NCBI GenBank assembly: GCA_012295275.1
Contig: CM022678.1
Location: 11,594,001-11,658,000, forward strand
From: Chrysomallon squamiferum
Taxonomy: Eukaryota > Animalia > Mollusca
Direction: 5' to 3'
Length of the DNA stretch: 64,000 bases
Part shown: positions 1 through 14,233 of the stretch, piece by piece
How the letters are laid out: every line of letters starts with the position of its first letter
Numbering within the stretch: the stretch's first letter is position 1
Program-made: the position numbers and the translations under genes
Notes under the pieces: generated by a model
Databases searched by the model: none
Seen by the model: only the letters and a program-made list of their open reading frames with translations
What the model was told of the DNA's origin: nothing

Positions 1-476
1 AATAAAGAAACGAAAAACAAATTATTTGATTGTGTAAAGAGTTTGATTAGATTATATAGCTGCACAGATTCAGTTATTTCTAAACAAAACACAAAACACG
101 TGTTACATCACATGACTTTTTACTCACTTCATCACGTGACAAACCATGGAATGAATGTTCATTTTCTGATTAACAAGAAATAAAATAAAAATAATATTAT
201 TATTATTATTATTATTTTTAAAAATCTGCGTATTAAAGCATGAAACATTTTGACAAAGTGACTGCACATTCTGACTACTGGGTCTGAGTATACACGTGCA
301 GCATGGCGTTACCTTCTCGAGTGATATAACACACACACGTGCTCACACACACAGATATCATGTCCAGGTTTTCATTAATTATGCTAGTGTTCGATAATGT
401 AAATAGTAATCGAATTTTGATCAATTTATCTGTACATTGCTTATATTATCACAGTCGTTCTGAAATGATAAGAAGT

Positions 477-478
<2 letters not shown>

Positions 479-525
<47 letters not shown>

Positions 526-539
526 CATACTCTCTTTCC

Positions 540-627
<88 letters not shown>

Positions 628-676
628 GTCAATTTCATACTCTTTCCGTTTCCCTCTCTCTCTCTCTCTCTCTCTC
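479..676. repeat. Compound (TC)n/(CA)n microsatellite
   Basis: Visible directly in the sequence. Confidence 0.95.
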
Positions 677-870
677 ACGAATTCAAATATATATATATAT
701 ATTTATTTATTTATATACGTACGTACATACATACATACATACACATAAATATATACCAAATATAATTAAAAACATTCATCAAAGTATGGCGAGTATAATA
801 GCAATTTTAAAAGTTCCTGCTCGTACACGAATTTCACTCCAGCACACGTGTGTTGTTGTCGTTGCTGCTG

Positions 871-1826
871 CTAACTAATCCCAACCCAGTGGGGATAGTA
901 AAAAGTAGTTCTATAATCTTTTGTAAACTTCTTCTGAAGATCCGTCCCGTTTTTGAACGGCTTTTCGTAATACACAACAATTCCTTTGATGTTCCAGCCG
1001 ATCCACCAGCCGAACGTGCCCACTGTCATGATGAGGTGGTCACATGACGCCAGCAAAGAGAAATCGATATTCCGCGACCTTCCGATCATGAATACAGTAT
1101 TAGGATCATCCAGGACTTCCCGCGTCCACTGCATGTCATTCGAACACACTATATAAACTATAGTCCCGTTAACCTTTGACCTGATGTACTCCATCGCTCG
1201 TTTCAGGTAACCCGCGTCGGGCGCCTGGTAGCCGAACTTTATGAGATATTCCTTTTTCAAGATGTCTCCCCTTCTGATGTGTATTCCCACCAGAGAAACG
1301 TTATGACGTGCGTATCCCAGCTGGCTTAGCGCGCTCGCCATCAGTTCGTTGCTTTCCGTCATCACCTCGTCCTTAATCGTGAAATAGTTCCTAAGAATGT
1401 GCTCGTCCTCTTTCCAGTACATCCACGACTGAAAGTATCCCTCGAATAAAATGTCCGACCGATTGAATTTGAGGATATTTTCATCGAACCCGCAGTCGAA
1501 CTCGGACGACTTGGGCTGCAGCTTCCTGCACGCGCGGTTCCCTCTCGAGTGAGGCTCGCAGTCAGGAATGTAAAATATTTCTTTCAACGTCTTGACGTCA
1601 TCATGCGTGCAGAACATCGTCATATTGTTGGCTTTTGAAACTGCGTACGCAAACGCATACTGGAACAACAAGTTGCCAAGCCCTCCTTGGAATTTCATGC
1701 ACAGAAATCGCAGACTGTTTTCTCGAATAATTTCTTCAATGATGCTGCGGAAATACTGCGTCACGGCGGATATGACGCCACTGTTGTAGACTATGAGGAT
1801 AACGAGAGTGACCGGAAAAACACGAA
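871..1826 (-). CDS. Alpha-1,2-fucosyltransferase (glycosyltransferase family 11, FUT1/FUT2-like), main coding exon
   Basis: GT11 motifs GGLGNLLFQYA, EGYFQSW, VGIHIRRGD, CSND and DFSLLASCDHLIMTVGTFGWW. Acceptor ...ctctcgtttcAG ends at 1827 (phase 1); stop TAG at 871-873; hydrophobic anchor VFPVTLVILIVY near the exon start. Confidence 0.93.
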
Positions 1827-3111
1827 CTGAAACGAGAGACAATCAGAGGTTTATGAAATAGCAGGACAATACAAATATATAGAAAACAACATTTTTTTTT
1901 TTTCTTCTGGGGTTTTATTATCATTATTTTATTTTATTTAACAAAGAGCCGAATTGTTTTCCTTAATTTTTATCCCTAAGGCAGGAAATGATTTAGCGAA
2001 GTTTCTGTGTTTTAAGTAATTATTTCTGACGTAGGTTTTCATGTATGTACGTACGTGCGTGTATGTATGTATGTATATGTGTATGTGTGTGAATACAGAA
2101 TATATGTTTGTATGTAGTATGGCTGTATGTTTGTGCGACTGCGCGCGTGCGAGTGAAAGCACTTTATCTGTATTTATTATACGTCAAAAATCATTAAAGT
2201 TAACAAAAGTTAAGCCAGTAGGAAGCACAAACATCTCTTGTGTTACTAAACTGTGCTCGATTGATCGTACCATCTACAGAATCCCCGGCGAGATCTTTCC
2301 TTGCAGGTGCTCCACTACGGTTGGCCATTAGGGTCACAATTCAGTTTCATTACTACGCATGAACGGTATTTTATACACCATCTTGCAGCCACTAAATACT
2401 CTTTTCTCAAATACTTGTCCTTTACACTCCTCCATAATTACTTGTGGATCCGCCCCTTTAAATTACATTTTGCATTTAATTTAATTTAATTTAATTTAAT
2501 TTAATTTAATTTTATTCAGGTAATATGTGTGTAATTTTAATATTACAGGAGTTTAAATAATACTTGATTACCTGTTTTATTTTATGTGGAATTTTCAACA
2601 CCAAGCATTTTAGGTTGTTTTAGAGAGGTGTTCGGTTTACAAAGGTTTTGCATTTAGATACTTGATAACTTATGCGAAAAGCTGAAATTATTATATTCTG
2701 AAGGCATGATTTTGAAACGTTACTCTGTTTACAGATGTAACGAAACAGTTTAACATAAATTATAACTGGAAACAACAGTTAATGTTTTATTAATAAAAAA
2801 TTTGAAGTTTGTAATGACTTAATTGACGAATCGGCCTTCCATAGTTTTCGTTTTCGTTAACATTAATCAATGTCGACGTCATTACAGCGTTATGGTTTAT
2901 TCCTTGCTTATTATTTTAATAATGGTCGATAAAAACCGTTTCTAACAGTCACGACTTGTTTTGTCGGTGTGCGCATGTCCATACGTAATTATATCTGGTT
3001 CAACACACACAATTACAAAAATACATAAAATGAATATGTGTGCTTCTGTGATAGCCTCAACATACCCAGTAATAGAGAGAAAGAAGGAGAAATACAGAGA
3101 GAAAGAGGAGA

Positions 3112-3127
3112 ACGAGAGAGAGAGGAG

Positions 3128-3192
<65 letters not shown>
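3112..3192. repeat. (GA)n microsatellite in the fucosyltransferase intron
   Basis: Visible directly in the sequence. Confidence 0.95.
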
Positions 3193-3194
<2 letters not shown>

Positions 3195-3211
3195 ATCATC
3201 TGTAAACTTAC

Positions 3212-3287
3212 CTATGAAGTGACGTAATGACAAGTAACATATTTTTCTCTTCGCCTTGGAATAAACTTCCGTCATTTTATGTTTCAT
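3212..3287 (-). CDS. Probable first coding exon of the GT11 fucosyltransferase (MKHKMTEVYSKAKRKICYLSLRHFI-)
   Basis: ATG followed by 25 codons + G, then GTAAGT. Phase 1 matches the acceptor at 1827 and gives a basic cytoplasmic tail before the TM segment, as expected for a type II Golgi enzyme. Confidence 0.6.
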
Positions 3288-5719
3288 GACATACTGAAAG
3301 AAGAAAATACTAAAATTTCAACTCAGCTATTATTTATTATCATCACTAATATTAATGATAATAATTATGACGACGATGATGGTAATAATAACCCAACAAC
3401 AACAACAACAAAAAGACAATGACAAAAAAAAAAAATAATAATAATAAATATGTAAGTAAAGAAAATCACTTTCAAGCAGCTATGACGACAACAACGATTC
3501 TAAATAAATAAATAAAATTACTTTAAACAATGAAGCCAACAGTCTAGTGCACAGAAAGTCGTAGACAAGTTTGCTATTAATAGTTATCTCGTGACAAAAT
3601 GTCAGACACTCACGTTTTGACATCTCACACCAGACCTACTTGAAACAGATGTACTTGAATTTAAAAAATAAACAAATAAAATAAAATAACGATAGACAGA
3701 CAGACATTATGATAATAATAAAATGCAAGTTTACTTTGTATGTCTCTATGTATATATTTTTCTGTCTGTGTCTGTATAGATGCACGTGCGAATGCCTCTA
3801 TATAAGTATTTATGTTTCTATCTCTATATATTATGTTCTTTGCGACCTTTTCTATGTGTGGATTATTTAAACTGGCCGTTTTGTGTGACCTATTTCTCAC
3901 CTTCAGTATAAAGTAACTCATCCACATCGAAAATTAGAGCCACCATAATTATATACCTTCTTTTTTTCTCAAAACCAGGTTCATAATAATAATAATAATA
4001 ATAAAAACATTTATATATTTTCCCCACTACATCAAGGAAGAATAACAGATTGAGAAATGTCTGACACAATCACGTGACTATGTGATTTTTTTAAGTCGGT
4101 GTAAGTGCGGGGAAAATATTTCTGAAAAGAAACTGTCGTCTGCTCAGATACATGACAAGTGACAAATGTTATTTTTCCCTTCAAGCTGACAACCATAATC
4201 TGACTTAATTTTATACATACCGACAATCTCTTTTTTTTGTTTTGGCGTTGTTGTTGTTGTTGTTGTTGTTGTTAACGTTCTTCCTCTCTCTCTCTTTTTT
4301 AACGTGATCTCAAGAGCCAGGGAGATGCTGTTGTTGCTGTTTTTCTTTGTGCACGTTTTTTTTTCTTCTGTTTGTTTAGCGAAAATTTGATGAAAACACA
4401 CGACTTTTATTACTCAGTCTATATAAAAAAAAGAAAACGAAGAAGAAGAAAATATCATTAGATTTGTTATTAAACTAGACAAACAATTTTAACAAAATTA
4501 AAGAAATCATTCAAAAATGTATAAAAAAAACAAATAACATTTTTTTTCAATTTTTTTTTTTAATGACTTACGCAAATTCCTAACATTTGACATATAAAAA
4601 CAACATCGTAGCAAAAACATGCAGCAGAATAAATAGGTCAACTAATATACGAGAGGACACACAGACCGGATGTTTTCCCTCTTATTTGTCAAATGTTAGA
4701 CGTTCTTACTGCGTTTTCTTTTTTTTTTCTTTCCGTAAACACTAAAGCCGTGCCACTCCCTTCACAAACATCGATTTCACCCCTCGGTCTGTCCGCCCGC
4801 CTACAACAACGACGACGAAACTTACCTTTTTTTAACTTCACCATTAATAACGAAAGAACAAGACAGAGAAAAAAATGTAAAGTTGAAGATTTTTTTTTTT
4901 TTTTTTTTTTTTTATCTTTAAATTTTATCGACGCCTGGATGCACTTTGTATTATTCCGTGTTTTGATTTCTTTGACCGTTGAACTTTTGCTAGTCTCTTT
5001 TCACATATTTGCAGTTCACTGGAGTGTGAAAGAATCATCTCTCGATGTTAGCCTGAAAGGCGGATGTTGAATGCCTCGAGTATATAACTTATTATGTGTG
5101 TTTGTATGTAACAGTTAGGTTTACAAATATTATTCTTGTAAATATTCTGTAAATATTCTTGTGACTGATTTGTCTAGGTTATTCTGTGTCGCTAAATGAT
5201 TGTGTTAATTAAACAAACAAATAAACAGGAACAAAAACAAAAACAACAATAAGTGAGGGAAAGAAAAAATTAATAAGGTTTCTATATATCTGAATGTGTA
5301 TTTGTGTTTACGCACACACACATATTCATAATATATGTACATATACATATATACACACACACATATACACATACATATACATACAAATGTCTGTGTGTGT
5401 ATGTGCGTTTCTGTGTTCAGCGTTCACCTTTAGTGTTTCTTCTCTTTAGTGTTTGGTAATGTACGTTCTGTTTTTGTTTGTGGGTTTTTTTTCGGTTTTA
5501 TATATATATATGTACAGTAATAGACTGAATAAATAAATAATGGATGAACGATTAAGTGAAGGTGTTTGTTGTTTTGTAATAGTCACTGAACCGTGAAATT
5601 GATATTCCACTGAAACTACACATCCTTCAATGGAACAGCAGCCGTGTATTCAAATGTGTTTAGAACAAAGTCTAAAAGAACCCATTGTTGTAAAACCATA
5701 TTATGTTCTTTTCCCCAGT

Positions 5720-5720
<1 letters not shown>

Positions 5721-5787
<67 letters not shown>

Positions 5788-5831
5788 CAATAATCATCAT
5801 CATCATCATCATTATTATTATTATTGTTGTT
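5721..5831. repeat. (AAT)n/(CAT)n/(ATT)n compound microsatellite
   Basis: Visible directly in the sequence. Confidence 0.95.
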
Positions 5832-6119
5832 GTATTTTTAATTGATGAATTAATTAATTTACTTACTTGTTTGTTGGTCTAATTGCATAAATATTTTATA
5901 AGCTGTTGTAAAAAAAATCATTCTAAATGAAATAGTTAAAAAAAAACAATCAGCCGAAATGGACATGACATTCAAGACCGTCTCGTTTAAAATGTGTCTG
6001 CTGGGAGTACTTCGCCACGCGGGAATGAAAACGAGGCCGGCAGACGGTGTGAGTTCGTCTGCGTGGGTGTTCAAACTTCAGTGTTGTTTAGTCTACAAGT
6101 CTTACTGCACCGTAAAATT

Positions 6120-6166
<47 letters not shown>

Positions 6167-6399
6167 ACAGGTTGCTATCTTCATTGTTTTATTTTCTAAC
6201 TGATTACGTAAACGAGTAGTAATTTCCCTGTCAGCATTTCCCAGTTTATACAGCCATTCGTGTCAAACTAAAACCGAGAACACGTGATACTTTAGAGCTT
6301 AGAATCGCAGGAAGTTGAAATGTCAAACAGAAGTAGGTGGCACATGTTTACATACAAGTATTATTTCCACTTGAAGTGTGTGCCACATACGTAAGAATG

Positions 6400-6453
<54 letters not shown>

Positions 6454-7350
6454 TATATTTACACAAACATACATACATACAATGTACATATTATGAAATG
6501 TATTTTTTGTATTGGCTGTACTTTGCCCTATTAAAATAAACAATTTATATGCTACGCAAAAAACTAATATAGACCAGGAAAAACAATACGTTATATTGCA
6601 TATTACATAATACAGCAACTATTTACGTCATAATGTTATAGAAGATACGCAAAGTTAAATACACTGAACAATGTAATAATAATAATGATAATAATAATGA
6701 TTTATGGGAATATTATTTTTTACATACTATATAAAACATTATTATAGAACAATGAATACATTATTATATTTATAGTATTTTCAATTTTACTACAGTACGC
6801 ATAGCTCTGTGATATGCCTAAAGTTGAATGCTTTGTTTGTGATATATTTAATAATAATATACTGATATATATATTTTTTATCATACGTTATCTGTTTTAC
6901 GTCAGTTCGTTACACGTACACTGCAGCTAATGTCACTGTTATCAAAATCAATTACCAGCGTGCTAATATATATAAATCTATAATAGTATTAATGGTGTGG
7001 GGGGATGTACATTCATATCAATAGAGGGGGGTAATGCGATTATGAATTTGTGTACACATACGTTCATTAATTACGCATTATTTATTTGTACAGTTTCTAA
7101 GATGTGTTAAATAAAGGAGATACATGCAACTGCATAACAGCGATTAATACAGAAAATAAATAAATAAATAAATATATATATATATTTAAAAAAATATAAT
7201 ATAATATTAAGAAAAGATTGTAGGTTAATGAAGATATAATAGCGATGCTGTTTTGTACAGTTAAATTTATATATATATATATATATAATAAGAGACAGAG
7301 ATATACAATTGTTATGTGATGAAAGAAAGAGTACACACACATACACAGAC

Positions 7351-7410
<60 letters not shown>

Positions 7411-8234
7411 TGGATTAAATTCAATTCACACAGTGGTCTGCTTGATAACACTGACAGCGGAAAACTGGTGATGAACAACAAGGCGACTTTATCAGTACAA
7501 AAATAGACTTACATCTGTCTCCTAGAGCGAGAGATAATTTCAAATGTACATCGCGACCAAAATTCCAAACATTCAATCCACGCAGCTTACGAAGAACTGT
7601 AATTAAGGGAACTGTAATTATACGATAGAAATAAATAATACATACTCGGTTAGCGAGGGGAGAGCTGCAGCATGTTCGCTCGTTCTCTCACGCCATTGTG
7701 TCTCCACCACGCGTTTTCCCACTGACCGTCACTCACTCAGCCTTCACGCAGGAATCATTTCGTTGTCTTTATCGTTCTGTCCCTCCATCTTCCTCGCGTG
7801 CTCGCCTAACCGAGAAATGTCTGGAATACGGATTCGTCTGCTCGCGATGGCGAATCGCTGCCGTCGTTATTATTATCCTAGAGAAAGAAAGAATTTCGCG
7901 AAAGGCTTGGTTGAAAAAAAAAAAAAAAAAAAAATCTGAGATCGCCCTGCTGAGTGGAAAGAAGAAGAAAACAAACAGCCTCGTTAGGAAGAACGGCGAC
8001 TGTGCTGGCGAACTCGGAGGAAGAAGCGTACAGCCGGAGCAGACTTCAGTCATTACGCTCTGGCGGGAAATGCAGACATTACTTTTGGAGGATAATGTTG
8101 CAGTCTTCAGAGATTTAAAACACAATGCGCAGATTACCGATTCATCAGGGACGTTTAACACATGAATATTTTATTATAAAAGAGAGAGAGTTTTAAATAA
8201 CATTATACACACATGGAAACACACATAGTAAGTT

Positions 8235-8417
<183 letters not shown>

Positions 8418-8526
8418 TATGCATATAAATTATACATTTATATAGACATATAAGCATACATAATTTATATCTATAGATACAACACAAGGACACACATACG
8501 TAACTATATCTCTGCATACAAACACA

Positions 8527-8820
8527 CAAGGCCGGATTTCCCACAGAGAGGCTTTCTAGTCTAGAGCCTAGGGCGTCAGGATGATAGGGGCGTCAGTTTA
8601 TGAAAATGGTTACAGGCCAGTGTTGTCAACTGTGCGCTATTTTAGGTGATTGTGCAGTAAATTATCGAGTTGTGTGCTTTGTTAAAATTTGGGCTGTTTT
8701 GACCTAATTCAATTAAATATTTATGACTGTACCTATTGTGGGAACGGTGAAGTGGGCTTGAAGAGGGGGCGGTAAAATTGCTATAGCCCATGGGCGACCA
8801 GCACAATAAATCCGGCACTG
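8527..8820. mobile_element. Non-autonomous DNA transposon (MITE), hAT-like
   Basis: Left end CAAGGCCGGATTT versus reverse-complemented right end CAGTGCCGGATTT (11/13 match). Flanked by an 8-bp direct repeat CAAACACA (8519-8526 and 8821-8828). An 8-bp TSD with CA..TG termini is typical of hAT elements. Confidence 0.75.
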
Positions 8821-11370
8821 CAAACACACATTATGAATATTTTACTTGATCATGTAACGCTTCATTTAGGTTATTTCCCATTTATTTATAATTATAATAA
8901 CACAGCCTGGTGCAAACTTAAGAATTTTCAATGTTAATATCACCGACTTTCATTTTTATTCGCAATTACCGTTCTTTGCAAAAACATCATCTCAAATCTA
9001 CAAAAATACTTAACACATTTCGCGCCTCATTGCGGTCACGTGATTCCGATATTGTCGAAAACTAGGGTACGGTATTTATTGTACTTAATTAAAAGACGTA
9101 TAAAACTGTTAATGTACATCTGCACTCAGCCATTTTTGGGATATGGGAGGACTTATCATATGGTGCAACATCTGTAAGTACGTTACTTACCGTTCATTGA
9201 AACTGTTCATTTTTTTTTTTTTTTTTTTTTTTGTCATATTAATTTGTTCACAAAGCCCCTAGGCTGTTACGTCATTTGACCTGGGTCAGCCAAAAGAGAA
9301 TATGTGATCTGCAAAACTTTTACTTTTTAAAATCATTTTTTATGCTTAACGTTAATCACGGTTATCTATATTTAAATAAAATAAATATAGTTAAACAATA
9401 ATAATAATACTAACACACACATTAAAAATTAAACAACAGAAACCTGATACCGAATAATATTTTAATTTGTCACTGAAACATTTCATTTCACAAGAACTGG
9501 CAATAAACCACAAATAACAACATATATAAATAACAGCTATACAATATATATGTTCTATATATTATAAACATAAAATTCACATTGTATTAAACTATGACAA
9601 ACGATATACTTTAGTATGAGGGGAAAAACCACTGATTTTATTTTTCTTTGCTGCAAATGTAATTCTATTTTGAAAATGATTATTTATGACAAAGAGGGTT
9701 GTCTCCCTTATCTCAAAGCGCGGAAACGGGAGAAAGAGCTTATGATAAACGTAATTGATGCTGAAAACAATTAATTTTGTTCTTAATAATAATAATAATA
9801 ATAATGAATGATAATGGTGATGATAATGACAGTAATATTGTGAAATGATCATCATTATGTAATCACTGGCTTTAACAAGAATCTTTCACTTCTGTATGTT
9901 TGTAAAAGACTAATACATTATTATTATTATGGCCATTTATCATTTATTATTGTTATTATTTTTTATTAGCATTTATTATCATAATCACCACTATTATTAT
10001 CATCATCACCATCATTCGAAAAATTCAAGGGTAAAAACAATATGCGACATGCAAAATTTTACCAATGAGACAAAAAAATAAAATAAAATAAAATAATATA
10101 TATATATATTCTTCGTTGTTAAGACAAAAAGACAAAATATTTTTGATTCAGACAAATTTTGAAACTGAAGAAAACATGATACACGAAGCTTCATAAAGAT
10201 TTATCAAAGATTATTGCAAAGTTGTGTTACTTTCTGGGCTGGATTCAAGTCCTCAACTATTTGCAGCTGAGAAAACAGAATTTTACAATTTTTAGTTGCG
10301 AATAATGTTTGATTAAAATCAAATCCTAGGCTCCACTGGACACTGGTCATCTTCTGTCTAACAATTTATTGATGAACTGAATTTCCAGAAACCAGCAAGA
10401 AGTCAAAAGCATATTAGAATTTTTGAAAACTGACATTTTTGGGCCAAAATTATTTTATGAAAATGTTTGACTCAAGATTAAGCACTTTATGGATGTAGAA
10501 ATCATTTAATATAATTCTGTTTGGTGAATACTGATTTTATATAAATCTTGTTAATGTTATCCAACTGCTTGGTCTTAAAATTGGTCTGTTTCAGAAACTT
10601 CTGTGCATCATGATTTCACAACTGTCAATAAAAAATAACAAATAAAATCAATTCTTTTATGTCTGTTAAAACTGTGAGGTCTTTAGCTGTAGTTCACAGC
10701 TCTACTTACATAATTTAAAAAGAGAAGAAACCATAAAAAACAAAACCTGAATTCCATGACACTGTTTAAAAGGTTCTAACAGAGAAATGACCTCTTTGAA
10801 CTCGGAGGGACTTACAGCACTGACTAGCAGAAGTTTAGTGTTTTATCTGACAAAGAATCCATCAGCTTCTTTAAATAAGAATTAACAACAGAAGATAACT
10901 TCCTAGATTGACCGACTGCAAGCCTGTAAAAAAAAAGTTGATATTTTCAGCTTCAGTGTGAATCCAGCCCAGATCATGATGAAGTCAACTGTAATAGTCA
11001 AATCTGTCAGTCACAGTACATGAATATAAATTCCCTGAGATTTTCATGTCTTCTAGAAATCTTGGGGTGGGGCCGGGCTTGGCATTTAGAGACACAAGGG
11101 ATGCTAGACATACACAGATCAAAGAGTGTCGTCCTCTCTCTTCTTCCTTCTTCTTTGAAACAAAATTCATTAACAGTTTTCTTACTGAAAACTGGATGCA
11201 GCAGAATGATTGTACCCCCTGATTTGCAGTCCTGGATCCAGCCCTTACAACTAACTTCTACTAATGCAAAACCACCGTGGGAAAAAACAATGTCATAAAA
11301 CGTTTAATTCAACCTCTCAGTAATTCAAACTTTTCAAAACATGAACCAGTTTTGTGTAAATTAGGACAAT

Positions 11371-11521
11371 AACCTCTGCCCCTTAAAAAACCACCCCACC
11401 TACCTCTGCCCCTTAAAAAACCACCCCACCTACCTCTGCCCCCTAAAAACCCACCCCACCCACCTCTGCCACTTAAAAAACCACCCCACCAACCTCTGCC
11501 CCTTAAAAAACCCACCCCACC
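11371..11521. repeat. 30-bp minisatellite, 5 copies, C-rich on + strand (ACCTCTGCCCCTTAAAAAACCACCCCACCN)
   Basis: Units counted directly. Confidence 0.92.
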
Positions 11522-14233
11522 TGTCAGCATCCAAGATGGTTTGAACGGACATGATTATGATACAAAACTGGCGAAAACTGCCAAATTTTAAAATGACAAA
11601 TGGTCCAGTATAAGAATTTTTATCAAAAATATTTCTTAAAAAACCACATTACATACCAGTCAGCTAAAACAACAACTTCACAGATTGTAAACTTACTATA
11701 AATATACGTCTATACACAACATTACACCAATTAAAACAAAAATAAATAAATAAAAGGAATATGACAATTGTGCTTTGATTTAAGAATTTTTCTTGTTAGT
11801 CTTTGATTTTTATTTAATTTTTTTTCACATTTATAAATAAAATAAAACATCAGACATTTATCAGAACAGATTAATTTTTGAAACAAACTTATTAAATTAT
11901 AGTTATGACACCTGCAACCAAATTATTATTTGAAGTAAATTAGCAAAAATGACTAATTTGTTGCAAAGTTGTGTTATCAGCCATTTTGTTACATATATAT
12001 ATATATAAAAATTAAAAAAAAAAAAAAATAAAAATTATTTCACAATTTTGCTATGATTTAATCATTTTGCTAATTTGCTTCTACCAGCAAACTATAATTT
12101 GGTTGGACTTTTTGTGTCTGTAAATTTATAACTGTTATTTATATCAAAAACTACTTTTTGTTCTACTAGAATATATACAAATTATAAAAAATAAGACATA
12201 AATATATTTAGAAAACGTAATGATAAATCTTTAAAAATCTATTCAAGATTACTCTTGTATTTTGGCAAGTAATTTACTTTTTACTGGAATAAGAGATAAA
12301 TTAAAATATTTTGAGTGTGTGCTTGTAAATTTGCACTATTTAATTTAAGACAAAATTAATCTTGATTTTTTTTTTATTAATCTGAAATAATTTACTGAAA
12401 TACATAAATAAGAAAATAAAATGTGCACTATTTAATTCAAAATAAAATTAATCTTCTGTTATATTTTATTAATCTTACATAGCAACAGAAATATATATAT
12501 ATATGAAAATATAAAATGCTGAATAATATGATTTTTTTTTTTTTTTTTTTTAAAATTTGTTATTTACTATGACCAAAAGAATTCTTTAATAATTTATTTT
12601 TTAATCTGCAATTAAATGGAAGCCTTCTGGCATAGTAAATGAAGTGATTGTCACAGACTGTGTTTTAAATAAGATAACTGTAATGAAGTCAGACAGCAAC
12701 GACATGAACAGTAGATGCTTATCTGAAATTTCAAATTAAAATAATTTTTATTTTTGTATTTTTTTATATAATAATCATAAAAATGTCAGAAAAAAATGGC
12801 TAGAATTTTTTAGTATTTTTGTCTGTGATAAATTTCTATTAAATATATTATTACTGTTATTAAAATTATTATTATTATTATTGCTGTTGTTATTACTATT
12901 ATTATTATTGTTATTAGTTATTATTATTATTAATTCTTTATTGCTAATTCATATTGTAAATATTGCTGTTAAAAAACTGGTCAAAACTGCCTTATGTTTA
13001 ACAGGATTTTAAAACTAATTTATTTATTTATTTATTATTATTATTATTATTTATACTTTTGTGGTTATTTACTTAACAGAAGGGTTCTTAATGATGAACC
13101 GCAAACAACCTAACATCTTTCTACAGCTCTGCATATTTTTATTTTTTATTACTATTTATTTTTTTAATGAACATTTCACCTTGCAAATTAAAAAAAAAAA
13201 AATCCCCTATGTTTGAAATAAATTTTATCTCAATTTTGGCCTTCATGTCAATTCTCAAAATATAATTAAAATTATCCCTCATTGAAGTTTGTTTCATATC
13301 AATCAATCACCTGTCTGTTGCTACTGGCAACAGCTGTGATGTGTAATTTCAAACACAATGAATATTTGATTATGCAAATAAATTGTTGAAAATTTTGTAT
13401 TTAATTTCAAATTACATTAATTTTTATTCAGGTAAATGAAGTTTGACACACATAATGAAATTTATGATATTTTATTATTAAAAAAAAAAAAGATTTATCT
13501 GATTCAAATTTCTAATGTAATTTAGTGCTGGAATTATTATTATTTTTGTTTAATAAAGAGAAATTTTCAAGGAATGAAACTAAACATATAACCTGTGAGT
13601 AAAATAATTTAACATCAGAGTCAAATTTTACTCTTAAATCAAATCATAATTCACTTGATTCACAGATGCAAAAAACTTATTTTAACTTTCACTTTAAAAA
13701 TTGTTTTTAGCACCATTTATTTTTTACTTTATGCAATAATAATAATAATAGTAATAATAAATAAATAAAAACTGATAACTGAAAATGTGCTACCAGTAAA
13801 AATTAATTTAGAAAGAAAAATTCTAAAAAAATATTTAATGTATTTCTGTCATAGCCAGAAACTAACTGAAAGATAATTTCCTGTTCTTTTAAAAACTGAT
13901 ACAATTTTAGAAAAAGAAAATATATGTTCAGAAAAAGAATTTTGTAAAATATTCTTATCATAAACTTATTGCAATACAAACACATATAAAATACTGCACA
14001 TTGGATAATCATGTTCCCTTTCTACATGTTTTAAAACACAACGAATAAAAATCCATTATAAACAACTAAATTATCTCACATCATTAATATATATATATAT
14101 ATATATTTTACAACAGCACTATATAATAAAATATTCTTCTCTTCTACGACACACACACATGCACACATTCACACACACACACACACACAATAAAACATCG
14201 AAACACAAACACATTTTCACAACCAAAAACAAT

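Noticed and set aside
339-878. ORFs rich in SL, ER, YI, CV, poly-I, poly-L, poly-Y or poly-N here and throughout the window
   Set aside because: They are translations of di- and trinucleotide microsatellites, not genes.
7698-8165. 155-aa and 130-aa overlapping ORFs
   Set aside because: No recognisable domain, they span a poly-A run, and there is no splice support. Kept only as a regulatory candidate.
11309-11530. RGG/W-rich 73-aa ORF
   Set aside because: A by-product of the 30-bp minisatellite.
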